From the IMG/VR virus record IMGVR_UViG_3300050821_005436, positions 3,194-67,193 of that record: a stretch of 64,000 nucleotides of DNA. One strand, written 5' to 3'. The translations under genes and the position numbers were made by a program. Source of the stretch: a virus. Shown here in pieces: positions 9,238-18,452 of the stretch. The notes under the pieces are model-generated. The model was not told the DNA's origin. It saw only the letters and a program-made list of their open reading frames with translations, and ran no database searches. Each line of letters begins with the position of its first letter. The stretch's first letter is position 1.

Positions 9238-10122
9238 ATGAGACTCTATGAACTTAAACCAGGCCGAAAGAAGGAATTTCACCCTTCAAACACCGAAGAA
9301 CCTCAATCATTCACTACATTTTTAGCGAATTGTAGTGAATCTATTGCTGCTATGCGCGAAGCTAAAAGTTTCTTATATCGCGGAACTTATGGCGCTCATG
9401 ATATATTTTTGGGTCGCCCCAGGGAAAATAGAAAAACTACTGACACCTCTCCCACTTTGCAGAAAGAATGGGATAAAATTTATACCTCTGCAGGATTCAC
9501 TGCACTTCGCTCTAATTCTATTTTTTGTTCTGCTGATATTCATGTTGCAGATTCTTATGGCCATTCATATATAATTTTTCCTATAAATGGATTCTCATTC
9601 ACATGGAGTCCTAAGATTTACGATCTGTATAATCATATGCAACAACATGATATTAATAGGCCAGCAGATTTATACGTAAATCCAGATGCAAAAAAGAAGA
9701 TTGATTCTATAGCAGATAAAATCTATACTAACCTTAGGTATCCGCCTGGCAGCACGTATGGTGAATTAGAAGATGATTTATATTCATTAAGTTATCTATT
9801 CCAAGATATTATTATTGTTGATGATTATTCTATAAAAGGTCCTGCAAAACTTCTTCAGAAGATTATTGCATCCACTGCCAAAATAGAAAAGAAACACAAA
9901 ATAAATCTAGATAAAGTTCATGTTGCTATTAAAGAAATTCACGCGTTACTAAATTCATCAATAATGTCTCCAGAAACAGTCATTGAAAAATATCAATACT
10001 CAAATCAAGATTTTCCTGCAGCGTTAAAATCCAAAAAAGAAATAATTGTCAATGGTGAATATTATGCATTCATGAACAAGATATATTTCAAATATTTATG
10101 GGATGCACTAATTACTAAATGA
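9238..10122 (+). CDS. Paralog family member 1 (long form), ADP-ribosyltransferase-like motifs
   Basis: MRLYEL start; LYRG, ALRSNSIFCS, YG..YIIFP.NGF.FTWS, KEIIVNGEYY shared with four paralogs; function inferred. Confidence 0.55.
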   Translation: MRLYELKPGRKKEFHPSNTEEPQSFTTFLANCSESIAAMREAKSFLYRGTYGAHDIFLGRPRENRKTTDTSPTLQKEWDKIYTSAGFTALRSNSIFCSADIHVADSYGHSYIIFPINGFSFTWSPKIYDLYNHMQQHDINRPADLYVNPDAKKKIDSIADKIYTNLRYPPGSTYGELEDDLYSLSYLFQDIIIVDDYSIKGPAKLLQKIIASTAKIEKKHKINLDKVHVAIKEIHALLNSSIMSPETVIEKYQYSNQDFPAALKSKKEIIVNGEYYAFMNKIYFKYLWDALITK

Positions 10123-10721
10123 AGCTATACGAATTAGAAATCCAACCCGGTGAGAAACAAGAGCTAACACCAGAACTTAGTGAAACGTATATCTCACTTA
10201 TTAGACGAGATTGTTCGGAAGCACTTGCGGCAATGAAAGCTACAGGAAGATTTTTGTATCGTGGCATACCGCATGTAGAGTCTCGCGCATTCAAAGGTGC
10301 ATCAAGAGAAAATCGCAGACCACTCTCAACTAAAGCACATTTTCAAATATTAATTGATCAAATGTTGGAACAACGGGGATTCAAAGCATTACGATCTAAT
10401 TCTATCTATTGCACTTCTGCTGATGTTGAGGCTTCGTATTATACAAAAAGCGTAGGGCAAACTTACATGATATTTCCTATTAATGGATTTGATTACACCT
10501 GGAGTAGATACTCTGGCGATTTGTATGCTATGATGAATTGGCAAGACTATCAAATGTTAAACAATCATGCATTTGATGATTTTATGGAAAAATTCCAATT
10601 TACAAACAAGTATCTGAATGATGCCTTGACAGCTGGGCACGAAGTAATGGTCCATGGTCAATATTATGCATTTTCTAATAAAATATATGGCTATAATTTT
10701 GATAAGGAATTATTAGAATGA
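10119..10721 (+). CDS. Paralog family member 2 (short form), ART-like motifs
   Basis: MKLYEL; LYRG, ALRSNSIYCTS, HEVMVHGQYY; ATGA coupling. Confidence 0.55.
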   Translation: MKLYELEIQPGEKQELTPELSETYISLIRRDCSEALAAMKATGRFLYRGIPHVESRAFKGASRENRRPLSTKAHFQILIDQMLEQRGFKALRSNSIYCTSADVEASYYTKSVGQTYMIFPINGFDYTWSRYSGDLYAMMNWQDYQMLNNHAFDDFMEKFQFTNKYLNDALTAGHEVMVHGQYYAFSNKIYGYNFDKELLE

Positions 10722-11356
10722 AAATATATGAAATCGAAGCTGGTGAAAAAGAACCTATTGCACCTGAAGACGAAATTACAGATAGACTTAATCATGTCAT
10801 CCCATTGGTTCAACAGCATTGCACCCAATCACTCCATGCCATGAGAGAGACTGGTAAGTATTTGTATAGAGGCATCAAACAGTCTCCGCCTTTAGTATTC
10901 TTAGGTCAATCCAGAAATAATAGAAATCCATCGGCTTCGCCAGGACAGTTTCAACGAAATGTTGATGCAGCATTTAATATGGCAGGGTTCAAGGCATTAC
11001 GTTCAAATTCAATTTTCGTCTCCTCTTCTATAAGTGAAGCTAAAAATTATAGTTATGAAGGCGTATATTTGATTTTTCCTGTCGATGGATTTTCCTTTAC
11101 ATGGAGCCCAAGAATAAGTGATTTATATATTGATGAATATAATATATTTGATGATTATACCAAACGAACTTTATTTTTCAGAGAAGACGACGCTTCTCCA
11201 GAATTACTAAAAGAATTTTTAGAAAGATCACTCTATAGAAACACTGATTTTACATCAGCGATTGAATCAACTAATGAAATCATGATAAGTGGCAAATATT
11301 ATGCGATTCATTCAAAATACGCAGAACAGCCTGGTCTTAAACAATTGATGATTTGA
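10718..11356 (+). CDS. Paralog family member 3 (short form), ART-like motifs
   Basis: MKIYEI; LYRG, ALRSNSIFVSSS, NEIMISGKYY; ATGA coupling. Confidence 0.55.
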   Translation: MKIYEIEAGEKEPIAPEDEITDRLNHVIPLVQQHCTQSLHAMRETGKYLYRGIKQSPPLVFLGQSRNNRNPSASPGQFQRNVDAAFNMAGFKALRSNSIFVSSSISEAKNYSYEGVYLIFPVDGFSFTWSPRISDLYIDEYNIFDDYTKRTLFFREDDASPELLKEFLERSLYRNTDFTSAIESTNEIMISGKYYAIHSKYAEQPGLKQLMI

Positions 11357-14234
11357 AATATTCATCCAACCATTTCCATTCGAAAGATAACAACAATTTA
11401 CTTAGTTCGCCATTGACGCTTTCATAATATGTGATAGCGTCTTTTGCACCTTTAAGGCACATATCTGCATTCTCGCCTTCGGCAACATTCAACCAAATAT
11501 CCAATCTTTCTTTTGCAATATAGTCGCCATTGTCTGCAAAATATTTCAGCTTGATGCATTCACGGAAGGCTGTTCTCCAACACACCTTACTATCTCTATT
11601 AAAGTGACTAACACCGCTAAGCATAGGAACAACTTCATGTTCTGCTGACAATGTGAAGTCAAGACCGTGCGTATCGTCCATACCTAATACAATATGTTTG
11701 TTATAAGCAATAACAGCTTGGTGGCCATATTCTAATCCATTGACAGGATTCTTTGCATGAAAAATATAGTGTTTAGGTTTCTGTAGGCGGTCTGGCTGCC
11801 AATTAAAATCAAAGGTCGTATCAATTTCTAACTTAGCAAATACGTTGAATGCCCATGGCGTCATACTTGCATTTGATGCTGCCTTATATGCTGCTGATCT
11901 ACCATTCACACCATCAACTCTAACAATACGATTTTCAAATCCTTTATCCAGAATATATTCGTTTAGTTTCATCCACATGTCATTAGCCATCGATTCACCG
12001 TTACTAATAAACACAATATCAAGTGGATTACTTTGATACCAATCTTTCTTATCTGTTGTAATGAATGGATAATCGTATATTTGAGAATTGAAATAGTTCT
12101 TAACGTCTTTTGGGACCAATGCAAACTCTGCACCTTTACTCAACACATGCACTGATCTATCTTTGCCTGACCATAGATTTGGTGTATATGTAAGAACGTT
12201 CCCTTCATATTTTTCAGGTAAAAACAATGCATAATTAGTAGAAAAAACGTGATTTTCGATTACTTGAGGCAAGGTTTCTTCAGTAAATCGCACAGTTTCA
12301 ACGTCATACCTATTAACTGGCTGTACTGATACGTAATTCACTGTTTTAAAGTCCTCTAACTTACTAATTTGCTGTCTCTGCGCTTTAAATTCTGTAATTG
12401 GAACATAAAATGTATCACCATACTTCTGATCATTGCTAGGAAATACGTGCATCATGTTATGTTGCCAAGCACCTGGATGCCAGCTAAAATCAAATGTTGA
12501 ATAATCACATATGCTAGAGATAACCCAAATATATTTTGTCTCAGACTGATTAGCGCATCGCGTTATAGCATCCAAATAGTTATCAACAAATCGCATCGTT
12601 TTGATGTTAGAATACTTTTGCTTTAGAATATCTAATTGTGTTTTGCTTTCTGGATTAAAATGATCTAGATACCAAATATCAATTTGTTCCTCACTATTAT
12701 CCACTGGTTGATTCTTGACAAAATTAAGATTTGGCCAATCTTTGATATCTTCACACCATGTTTTATTTCGATTTAACTCAAACCTGGACAATAGAATTGT
12801 ATCAGTCCATTTATCCCATTTGCTACCGAATACATGCGTCATAGACAGTTCCCAGGGTTCTGGGGACCAACTGAAATCAAATTCATCATAAACAAATTCA
12901 CTGCTGATAATCCAGAATCTGTCTGTATTACATTTATTAGCACAACGGATTGCTGTTTGTTGCAAATTATTAACGAGTCTAGTTTTTTGTATCTGAGGAT
13001 AGTTGTTCTTTAATGATTCAAATCTTTCAGCACTTTCTTTGTTGCCTTTGTCTAAAAAGAACATATCAAGTGATGCTGTATTTGTAGTCTTTATATCAGC
13101 AACGTAATTCAATTCTTTATTACCAGCTAGATACGATGGTGCATTAATGAAATATGTTTCACTGTGCTGTTGCCATTGTGACGCAAATACATGAACAAGA
13201 TCAATTTGACTTTGATCCGGATGCCAACTAAAATCGAATTTATCGTAATTCAATTCTTTACTCAATGCCCAAAACTTTTCAGTCGGATGTTCGCTTATTA
13301 AATCTTCTAACGTAGATAATATGAAATAGCGAGGGGAATTAATACCACTAAGATGAACCCGTACATCATTGATATAATTGCATCCACGAGGCGAGCTTGT
13401 TCCTGAAAAATATGAAGTCTCAGAAGTTTTTTGCCATTGCGAAGGGAAAACATGTTTATAATCCTTTTGACTTTCATCTGGATGCCATGAGAAATCAAAC
13501 GTAGAATAATCTGCATTAGGATCAAGCGTCCAATATTGCATTTCAGGTATTGCTTTAGCTTTTAACTGCGGGACATATTTTTCTTGTGTCGCATTTTTTG
13601 AAACATATATTGGTCCGCCTGTCGTTTGCCACTGAGTTCCAAATTTATAAATATATGGAGGGTCATTAGGATGTGGGCACCAACTAAAATCAAAGCTACT
13701 CTTATCGATATTGGCGGGAACAATCCAGTTATCAGATGGAATAGTTTTTGCTCGAAGTTCATTATGGAATTTTGGAGCAACTGCATTAATGCAATGATAT
13801 TCGGGACCACCAATGTCCCACCATACCGTACCGAATATGTGAATGTAAGATGGCTCGTCTGGGTCAGGGTGCCAGGAGAAGTCGAAACTATCTACATCTA
13901 TGTTTTCAGGGACTACCCAGTTTTCGACACACGGTTTCCTAACAACTCGTTGCTCAGTTCTATAATTTTTAATTAACGTTGATTCAGTTAGATTTGCTGG
14001 AATGAAATACGTTCCAGCATTGCGCTGCCACTGCGAACCAAACACATGAGTATGATGCTGCTCCCATTTAGGTGGCATCCAATAAAAATCAAAATTGTCG
14101 TAATCTGTATCTGCTGTAATCACCCAACAAAACTTAGTTCTGCTTTGTTTTGCAGCATCGAAAATATCTACAGCACGTTTTTCATGTGGAAATAGATTTG
14201 GTTTAGTAGAAGTGGTGTAGAATACGTCGAACAT
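11337..14234 (-). CDS. 965-aa repeat protein built from degenerate glycosyltransferase-like units
   Basis: Eight FDF[SYN]WxP motifs; the C-terminal ~230 aa align by eye with the 312-aa GT at 32008..32946. Confidence 0.65.
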   Translation of the reverse strand: MFDVFYTTSTKPNLFPHEKRAVDIFDAAKQSRTKFCWVITADTDYDNFDFYWMPPKWEQHHTHVFGSQWQRNAGTYFIPANLTESTLIKNYRTEQRVVRKPCVENWVVPENIDVDSFDFSWHPDPDEPSYIHIFGTVWWDIGGPEYHCINAVAPKFHNELRAKTIPSDNWIVPANIDKSSFDFSWCPHPNDPPYIYKFGTQWQTTGGPIYVSKNATQEKYVPQLKAKAIPEMQYWTLDPNADYSTFDFSWHPDESQKDYKHVFPSQWQKTSETSYFSGTSSPRGCNYINDVRVHLSGINSPRYFILSTLEDLISEHPTEKFWALSKELNYDKFDFSWHPDQSQIDLVHVFASQWQQHSETYFINAPSYLAGNKELNYVADIKTTNTASLDMFFLDKGNKESAERFESLKNNYPQIQKTRLVNNLQQTAIRCANKCNTDRFWIISSEFVYDEFDFSWSPEPWELSMTHVFGSKWDKWTDTILLSRFELNRNKTWCEDIKDWPNLNFVKNQPVDNSEEQIDIWYLDHFNPESKTQLDILKQKYSNIKTMRFVDNYLDAITRCANQSETKYIWVISSICDYSTFDFSWHPGAWQHNMMHVFPSNDQKYGDTFYVPITEFKAQRQQISKLEDFKTVNYVSVQPVNRYDVETVRFTEETLPQVIENHVFSTNYALFLPEKYEGNVLTYTPNLWSGKDRSVHVLSKGAEFALVPKDVKNYFNSQIYDYPFITTDKKDWYQSNPLDIVFISNGESMANDMWMKLNEYILDKGFENRIVRVDGVNGRSAAYKAASNASMTPWAFNVFAKLEIDTTFDFNWQPDRLQKPKHYIFHAKNPVNGLEYGHQAVIAYNKHIVLGMDDTHGLDFTLSAEHEVVPMLSGVSHFNRDSKVCWRTAFRECIKLKYFADNGDYIAKERLDIWLNVAEGENADMCLKGAKDAITYYESVNGELSKLLLSFEWKWLDEYFKSSIV

Positions 14235-14250
14235 AAATATATTTAAATAT
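14234..14250. promoter_or_regulatory. Divergent overlapping late promoters (palindrome ATATTTAAATAT)
   Basis: TAAATA on + at 14234-14239 and 14244-14249, and on - at 14240-14245, between divergent genes. Confidence 0.65.
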
Positions 14251-14262
14251 GCATATTATAAC

Positions 14263-15165
14263 ATGAAAATAAACGAACTTCAAGCTGGTGAGAAACAATC
14301 ATTCGATCCATCAAACACCAAAGAAGGTCATAAATTTAATGACTTCATGATTCAGTGTAGTCAATCTATTGCAGAAATGCAGAAGGTCGGTAAATTTTTG
14401 TTTCGAGGTATTAACAATGCACCTAAAATCTTCATTGGGGTGCCGCGAGCAAATAGAAAGGCCCTCGACACTGACCAAGACGTAAATAATGCATTTGATG
14501 AAATATTGAAAGCAAGTGGATTCAAGGCGTTGCGTGGCAATTCTATTTTTTGTTATGGTGGAGATCCATATGCTGTGTCAAACTTCGGAAAGCCCTATAT
14601 GATTTTTCCTAAAAATGGATACCAATTAACTTGGAGTCCTAAGGTAGAAGATTTTACAAACAAGTTGCCATATCAATTCCAGCCAGAGGATTTTTGGCAA
14701 TTTTCTGAAACAGCAATGAAAGCCAAAGAGGAAATGCAGGACGATGAGTCTCGAAATGAAATTTTCAATCTACTTGATAAGTTAGAAAACAAATTTTATC
14801 ATTCTAATACTCAGCCTGAGGAAAGACTGATCATACGAGACCTGAAGGCTGAATTGGGTAAGCTTGTATATAATGGTGATCAGAAGATATTCAATATCAA
14901 AAAATTACTTAATTTTGATAAAGATACTGATTACTGCATGAACTATATGCCATACATTCGAAAACTTGCTGAAGCACAAAAATTATATCTTTCAACAAAA
15001 GGACATGCAGATTCAATGGATGTTATCAAAGGTTTGAATTATCAAAATACTAACTTAGCGGCAGCTATAGTAGCGAACAAAGAAATAATGATTAGCGGTG
15101 AATATTATGCATTTTCTGCAAAAGACTATCTGAAACCAATGGAAGAGGCTTTGTTAGAAAAATGA
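14263..15165 (+). CDS. Paralog family member 4 (long form), ART-like motifs
   Basis: MKINEL; LFRG, ALRGNSIFC, YMIFPKNG, KEIMISGEYY. Confidence 0.55.
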   Translation: MKINELQAGEKQSFDPSNTKEGHKFNDFMIQCSQSIAEMQKVGKFLFRGINNAPKIFIGVPRANRKALDTDQDVNNAFDEILKASGFKALRGNSIFCYGGDPYAVSNFGKPYMIFPKNGYQLTWSPKVEDFTNKLPYQFQPEDFWQFSETAMKAKEEMQDDESRNEIFNLLDKLENKFYHSNTQPEERLIIRDLKAELGKLVYNGDQKIFNIKKLLNFDKDTDYCMNYMPYIRKLAEAQKLYLSTKGHADSMDVIKGLNYQNTNLAAAIVANKEIMISGEYYAFSAKDYLKPMEEALLEK

Positions 15166-15827
15166 AAATATACGAAATAGAAGCTGGTGAAAGAAATCCT
15201 GTCTCAAATGATGCAAATGAAAAAATTATTGAACTACTTACTACAGAATGCAGTGATGCTATTTCAGCTATGCAGCAAGCTGGAACATTTTTGTATAGGG
15301 GGTTTAAAGATGCTGCTAATGTTCCAGAAGCATTCCATGCCAGACCAAGAGAAGATAGACGTGCATTACACTCTAATCCAAAAATTCAGATTGCATTTGA
15401 TGAAAATATGAAGGTTTATGGCTTTGCTACCAATAGATCAAATTCTATATTTTGCACTTCTGTAAAAAAGAGGACCAGTATCTATGGATACCCTTACTTG
15501 ATCTTCCCTAAGAATGGATTCAATTTTCTATGGAGCCCAGATGTTTATGATTTATTTTCCGACCCGCAGGTCGACGGTTGGGCTGAAACTATAATGCAAA
15601 CATCTAATAAAGAAGCGGCCGCACAAGAGTTTGTTAGGCGTTTCAAATACACTGACAGCAACTTCGTTGCTGCATTAGAAAAAGGCCACGAGATTATGGT
15701 AAGTGGTGAATATTATGCATTCTCTGCTAATAATACAAGTGAGGTATTTAAGCAGCATTATGGTGATAAGATTAATTTTGAAACTATCCTTTCTGCAACA
15801 TTTAAAATCCCATCGCAAGGTGATTAA
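15162..15827 (+). CDS. Paralog family member 5 (short form), ART-like motifs
   Basis: MKIYEI; LYRG, NRSNSIFCTS, HEIMVSGEYY; ATGA coupling. Confidence 0.55.
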   Translation: MKIYEIEAGERNPVSNDANEKIIELLTTECSDAISAMQQAGTFLYRGFKDAANVPEAFHARPREDRRALHSNPKIQIAFDENMKVYGFATNRSNSIFCTSVKKRTSIYGYPYLIFPKNGFNFLWSPDVYDLFSDPQVDGWAETIMQTSNKEAAAQEFVRRFKYTDSNFVAALEKGHEIMVSGEYYAFSANNTSEVFKQHYGDKINFETILSATFKIPSQGD

Positions 15828-16249
15828 AGTTTAGTAACATTGATTCCACAGTGTTTTAAGAAATCAATACCAGACGCATCACGATAAACTTCATCATAGA
15901 AAACTTCTTTGATTCCAGCGCCTTGTATTGCTTTAGCACAATCCATACAAGGGCTCAAGGTGCAATACATTGTTGCACCATTTCCACTTTCTGTTCCTTT
16001 AGCTAATTTTAGAATTGAATTCATTTCTGAATGCACTACTGATGGTTTTGTTTTTGTTGTGCCATCATCTAAAACATCTTCGCAACAATTATCAAAACCT
16101 GAGGGAGTGCCATTCCAAGCAGTAGAAATTATGTTACCATTCTTAACAATAACTGCTCCTACCTTGCGACGTTCTGCATAAGACATTTGGGCTGCACGTT
16201 TAGCAACGTCCATGTAAAATTCATTGTATTTCTTTTCTTTATCGTTCAT
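15824..16249 (-). CDS. cd: dCMP deaminase
   Basis: RRKVGAVIVK, NGTPSG, HSEMN, SPCMDC zinc-deaminase motifs. Confidence 0.92.
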   Translation of the reverse strand: MNDKEKKYNEFYMDVAKRAAQMSYAERRKVGAVIVKNGNIISTAWNGTPSGFDNCCEDVLDDGTTKTKPSVVHSEMNSILKLAKGTESGNGATMYCTLSPCMDCAKAIQGAGIKEVFYDEVYRDASGIDFLKHCGINVTKL

Positions 16250-17736
16250 AACACTCTTACGTTATATTTTTGTTCAAACATTGCAGCATCCTGCAGATCA
16301 TTTACCATGGGAAATCCTCTAACGTTTAGTGACGTATTCAACAACATCGGGCATCCTGTCTTAGCATACCAAACTTCTAATAACTTTCTAACACCACTCT
16401 TAGAATTTATAGGAACTGTCTGAACGCGTGATGTGTTATCAGTATGAACAATAGCAGGGAATCGATTAGGAAATTTACATGGTGCGACCACTTGCATGTA
16501 ATCACTCTTGTCCCAACCATGAGGCATAATAAAATATTGATGCACATGTTCCTCAAGTATGATGGGAGCGAATGGTCTGAAGTTCTGTCTGCGCTTAATA
16601 GAATTTACTTGATCTTTAATCTCTGGGCCCCTTGGATCAGCTAACAAACTTCTATTGCCCAAAGCACGAGGACCAAACTCTGCACAACCATTCGCTACCC
16701 CGACAATCTTATTTGTTTGAAGTTCATTAATTAGATCATCTACAGGATAAGGTCTATCGATATTATATCCTAGGTAGGGCCCTTGCCAAGACATTTGTTT
16801 GCCATAATTCAATGCACATGCACCTAGGCTGCTACCAGCATCGCCCGGATTTGGCATTACCCATATATTCTCAAAATAATTTCCTATTAGTCTATTAGCT
16901 AAACAATTCAATGCAACACCACCCATGAATACTAAATTATAAGATTTACCTATTGCCGCAGCACGACTCATTACATTACAAATCAATGTCTCAGTTATAG
17001 TTTGAACACTCGCAGCAACATCAATCTTATGTGTATGATGATTCGAATCTAAAAATGTAGGATCGATTCCGATATGCAAATTTTCTTTAAATTGAATTTC
17101 GTATTCGTTCGAGATATATTTGTTTTTGATTTCATCAGCATACTTTGGTTCGCCATATGCAGACATGCCCATCATAATGTATTCTTCATCCAACGGTTCC
17201 AATCCAACATGCTTTGTAAATGCACTATAGAACAATCCAATGCTGTGCGGATACTTAGAAGACCAAAGCTTTTTATAAAATGCCTTTCCATTATAATCAT
17301 ATTGTGCATGCCAAATCGTGATGCAATCAAACTCTCCGATTGCATCAATGACAACTACCGTAGCATGTTCGAAATTAGATGTTTGAAACCCTGCTGCTGC
17401 ATGAGACATATGATGATCATAACTAACGAATGGAACTTTGCTTAAATTAAATTTCCGTAATATCTCAGATGTTGGATTACATCTGAATACATTATAATTT
17501 TCTCCGCTACGAAGTTGTCTAATTTTTTTCTTTGTATGATTTTCATAGTAAGCAATCGTGTCTGGCTTACCGAAATTATCTATAGCATATGATAGCATTG
17601 ATTCACTTAAATCTTTATCGTGTTTCTTTTTAGAGAAACGTTCTGAATGGGATGCAAACAAAATATTTTCATCTTGTGTGATTGTCAATGCTGCGTCATG
17701 GAAGCCCGCTGAGATGCCATAGATTAATTTTGTCAT
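16246..17736 (-). CDS. O-carbamoyltransferase (NodU/CmcH/TobZ family)
   Basis: GFHDAA, HHMSHAA, DAIGE, GGVALNC, GDAGSSLG, EFGPRALGNRS, FRPFAP, RVQTV, LLNTSLN. Confidence 0.95.
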   Translation of the reverse strand: MTKLIYGISAGFHDAALTITQDENILFASHSERFSKKKHDKDLSESMLSYAIDNFGKPDTIAYYENHTKKKIRQLRSGENYNVFRCNPTSEILRKFNLSKVPFVSYDHHMSHAAAGFQTSNFEHATVVVIDAIGEFDCITIWHAQYDYNGKAFYKKLWSSKYPHSIGLFYSAFTKHVGLEPLDEEYIMMGMSAYGEPKYADEIKNKYISNEYEIQFKENLHIGIDPTFLDSNHHTHKIDVAASVQTITETLICNVMSRAAAIGKSYNLVFMGGVALNCLANRLIGNYFENIWVMPNPGDAGSSLGACALNYGKQMSWQGPYLGYNIDRPYPVDDLINELQTNKIVGVANGCAEFGPRALGNRSLLADPRGPEIKDQVNSIKRRQNFRPFAPIILEEHVHQYFIMPHGWDKSDYMQVVAPCKFPNRFPAIVHTDNTSRVQTVPINSKSGVRKLLEVWYAKTGCPMLLNTSLNVRGFPMVNDLQDAAMFEQKYNVRVL

Positions 17737-18344
17737 AATAATTTCTTCTCAATGTGAGTAATCAATTCGTTAGCAACATCTGCTGTGCTGCCAAACTTCA
17801 CTGCCCCGTTAGGAAATATAGTTTGATTCTTCAAATACATTTCCTTCATTACTGCTATGTTTTCTAATTTTGGGTTATCGTTTCTATACTTTTCTTCATG
17901 ATCGTATGCGGTGAATGTAATTGTAGGAACATCATAACAACTAAAGAATTCAGCTAGACCAAAACATGATGCATAGAATTGCGTTCCTAAATTTTCATCA
18001 TTCAAAAACTTTCTGCCAAACTTCACCAAATCTTTTGTATGTGGAAACTCTTTATGATGTTGATCCAAACTATCTAGATTCATTCCCATGTATTGTTTTA
18101 ATTTGGGATCGAAATAAGTAAAAATGTTTCTAGTGGTTTCTTGCACCACACAAACATACGTATCGTCAGGATAGGTTCCTTTAAGTTTAGTGTATGTGCT
18201 ATATGCTGTAGCTGAGATTAATGATTGCCCAGATTTCGCCTTAGCATAGTTTTCTACTATCCAATCAGGTTTCTTGTTTTTGACAAGATCAACAATACCT
18301 GATTGTTCCGTATAGGCATCGCCAAAAAATAATATTCTATTCAT
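17733..18344 (-). CDS. Divergent SGNH-like protein lacking the catalytic Ser
   Basis: ILFFGDAYT (GDS changed to GDA) and NYAKAKSG block-II-like segment; coupled to the carbamoyltransferase. Confidence 0.45.
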   Translation of the reverse strand: MNRILFFGDAYTEQSGIVDLVKNKKPDWIVENYAKAKSGQSLISATAYSTYTKLKGTYPDDTYVCVVQETTRNIFTYFDPKLKQYMGMNLDSLDQHHKEFPHTKDLVKFGRKFLNDENLGTQFYASCFGLAEFFSCYDVPTITFTAYDHEEKYRNDNPKLENIAVMKEMYLKNQTIFPNGAVKFGSTADVANELITHIEKKLL

Positions 18345-18347
18345 AAT

Positions 18348-18452
18348 TTATTTGTAGATAAATGGATCTCGTTCTTTCATCTTCTTAAGACGCTTGCGAT
18401 ATAACACTTCCATCTTAAATTTCAACCACATTAGCTTAAACCAATTTTTCAT
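18348..18452 (-). CDS. Unannotated 34-aa basic peptide MKNWFKLMWLKFKMEVLYRKRLKKMKERDPFIYK
   Basis: Translated by hand; ATGA overlap with the upstream stop and ends 3 nt before the next ATG, filling the gap exactly. Confidence 0.8.
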   Translation of the reverse strand: MKNWFKLMWLKFKMEVLYRKRLKKMKERDPFIYK

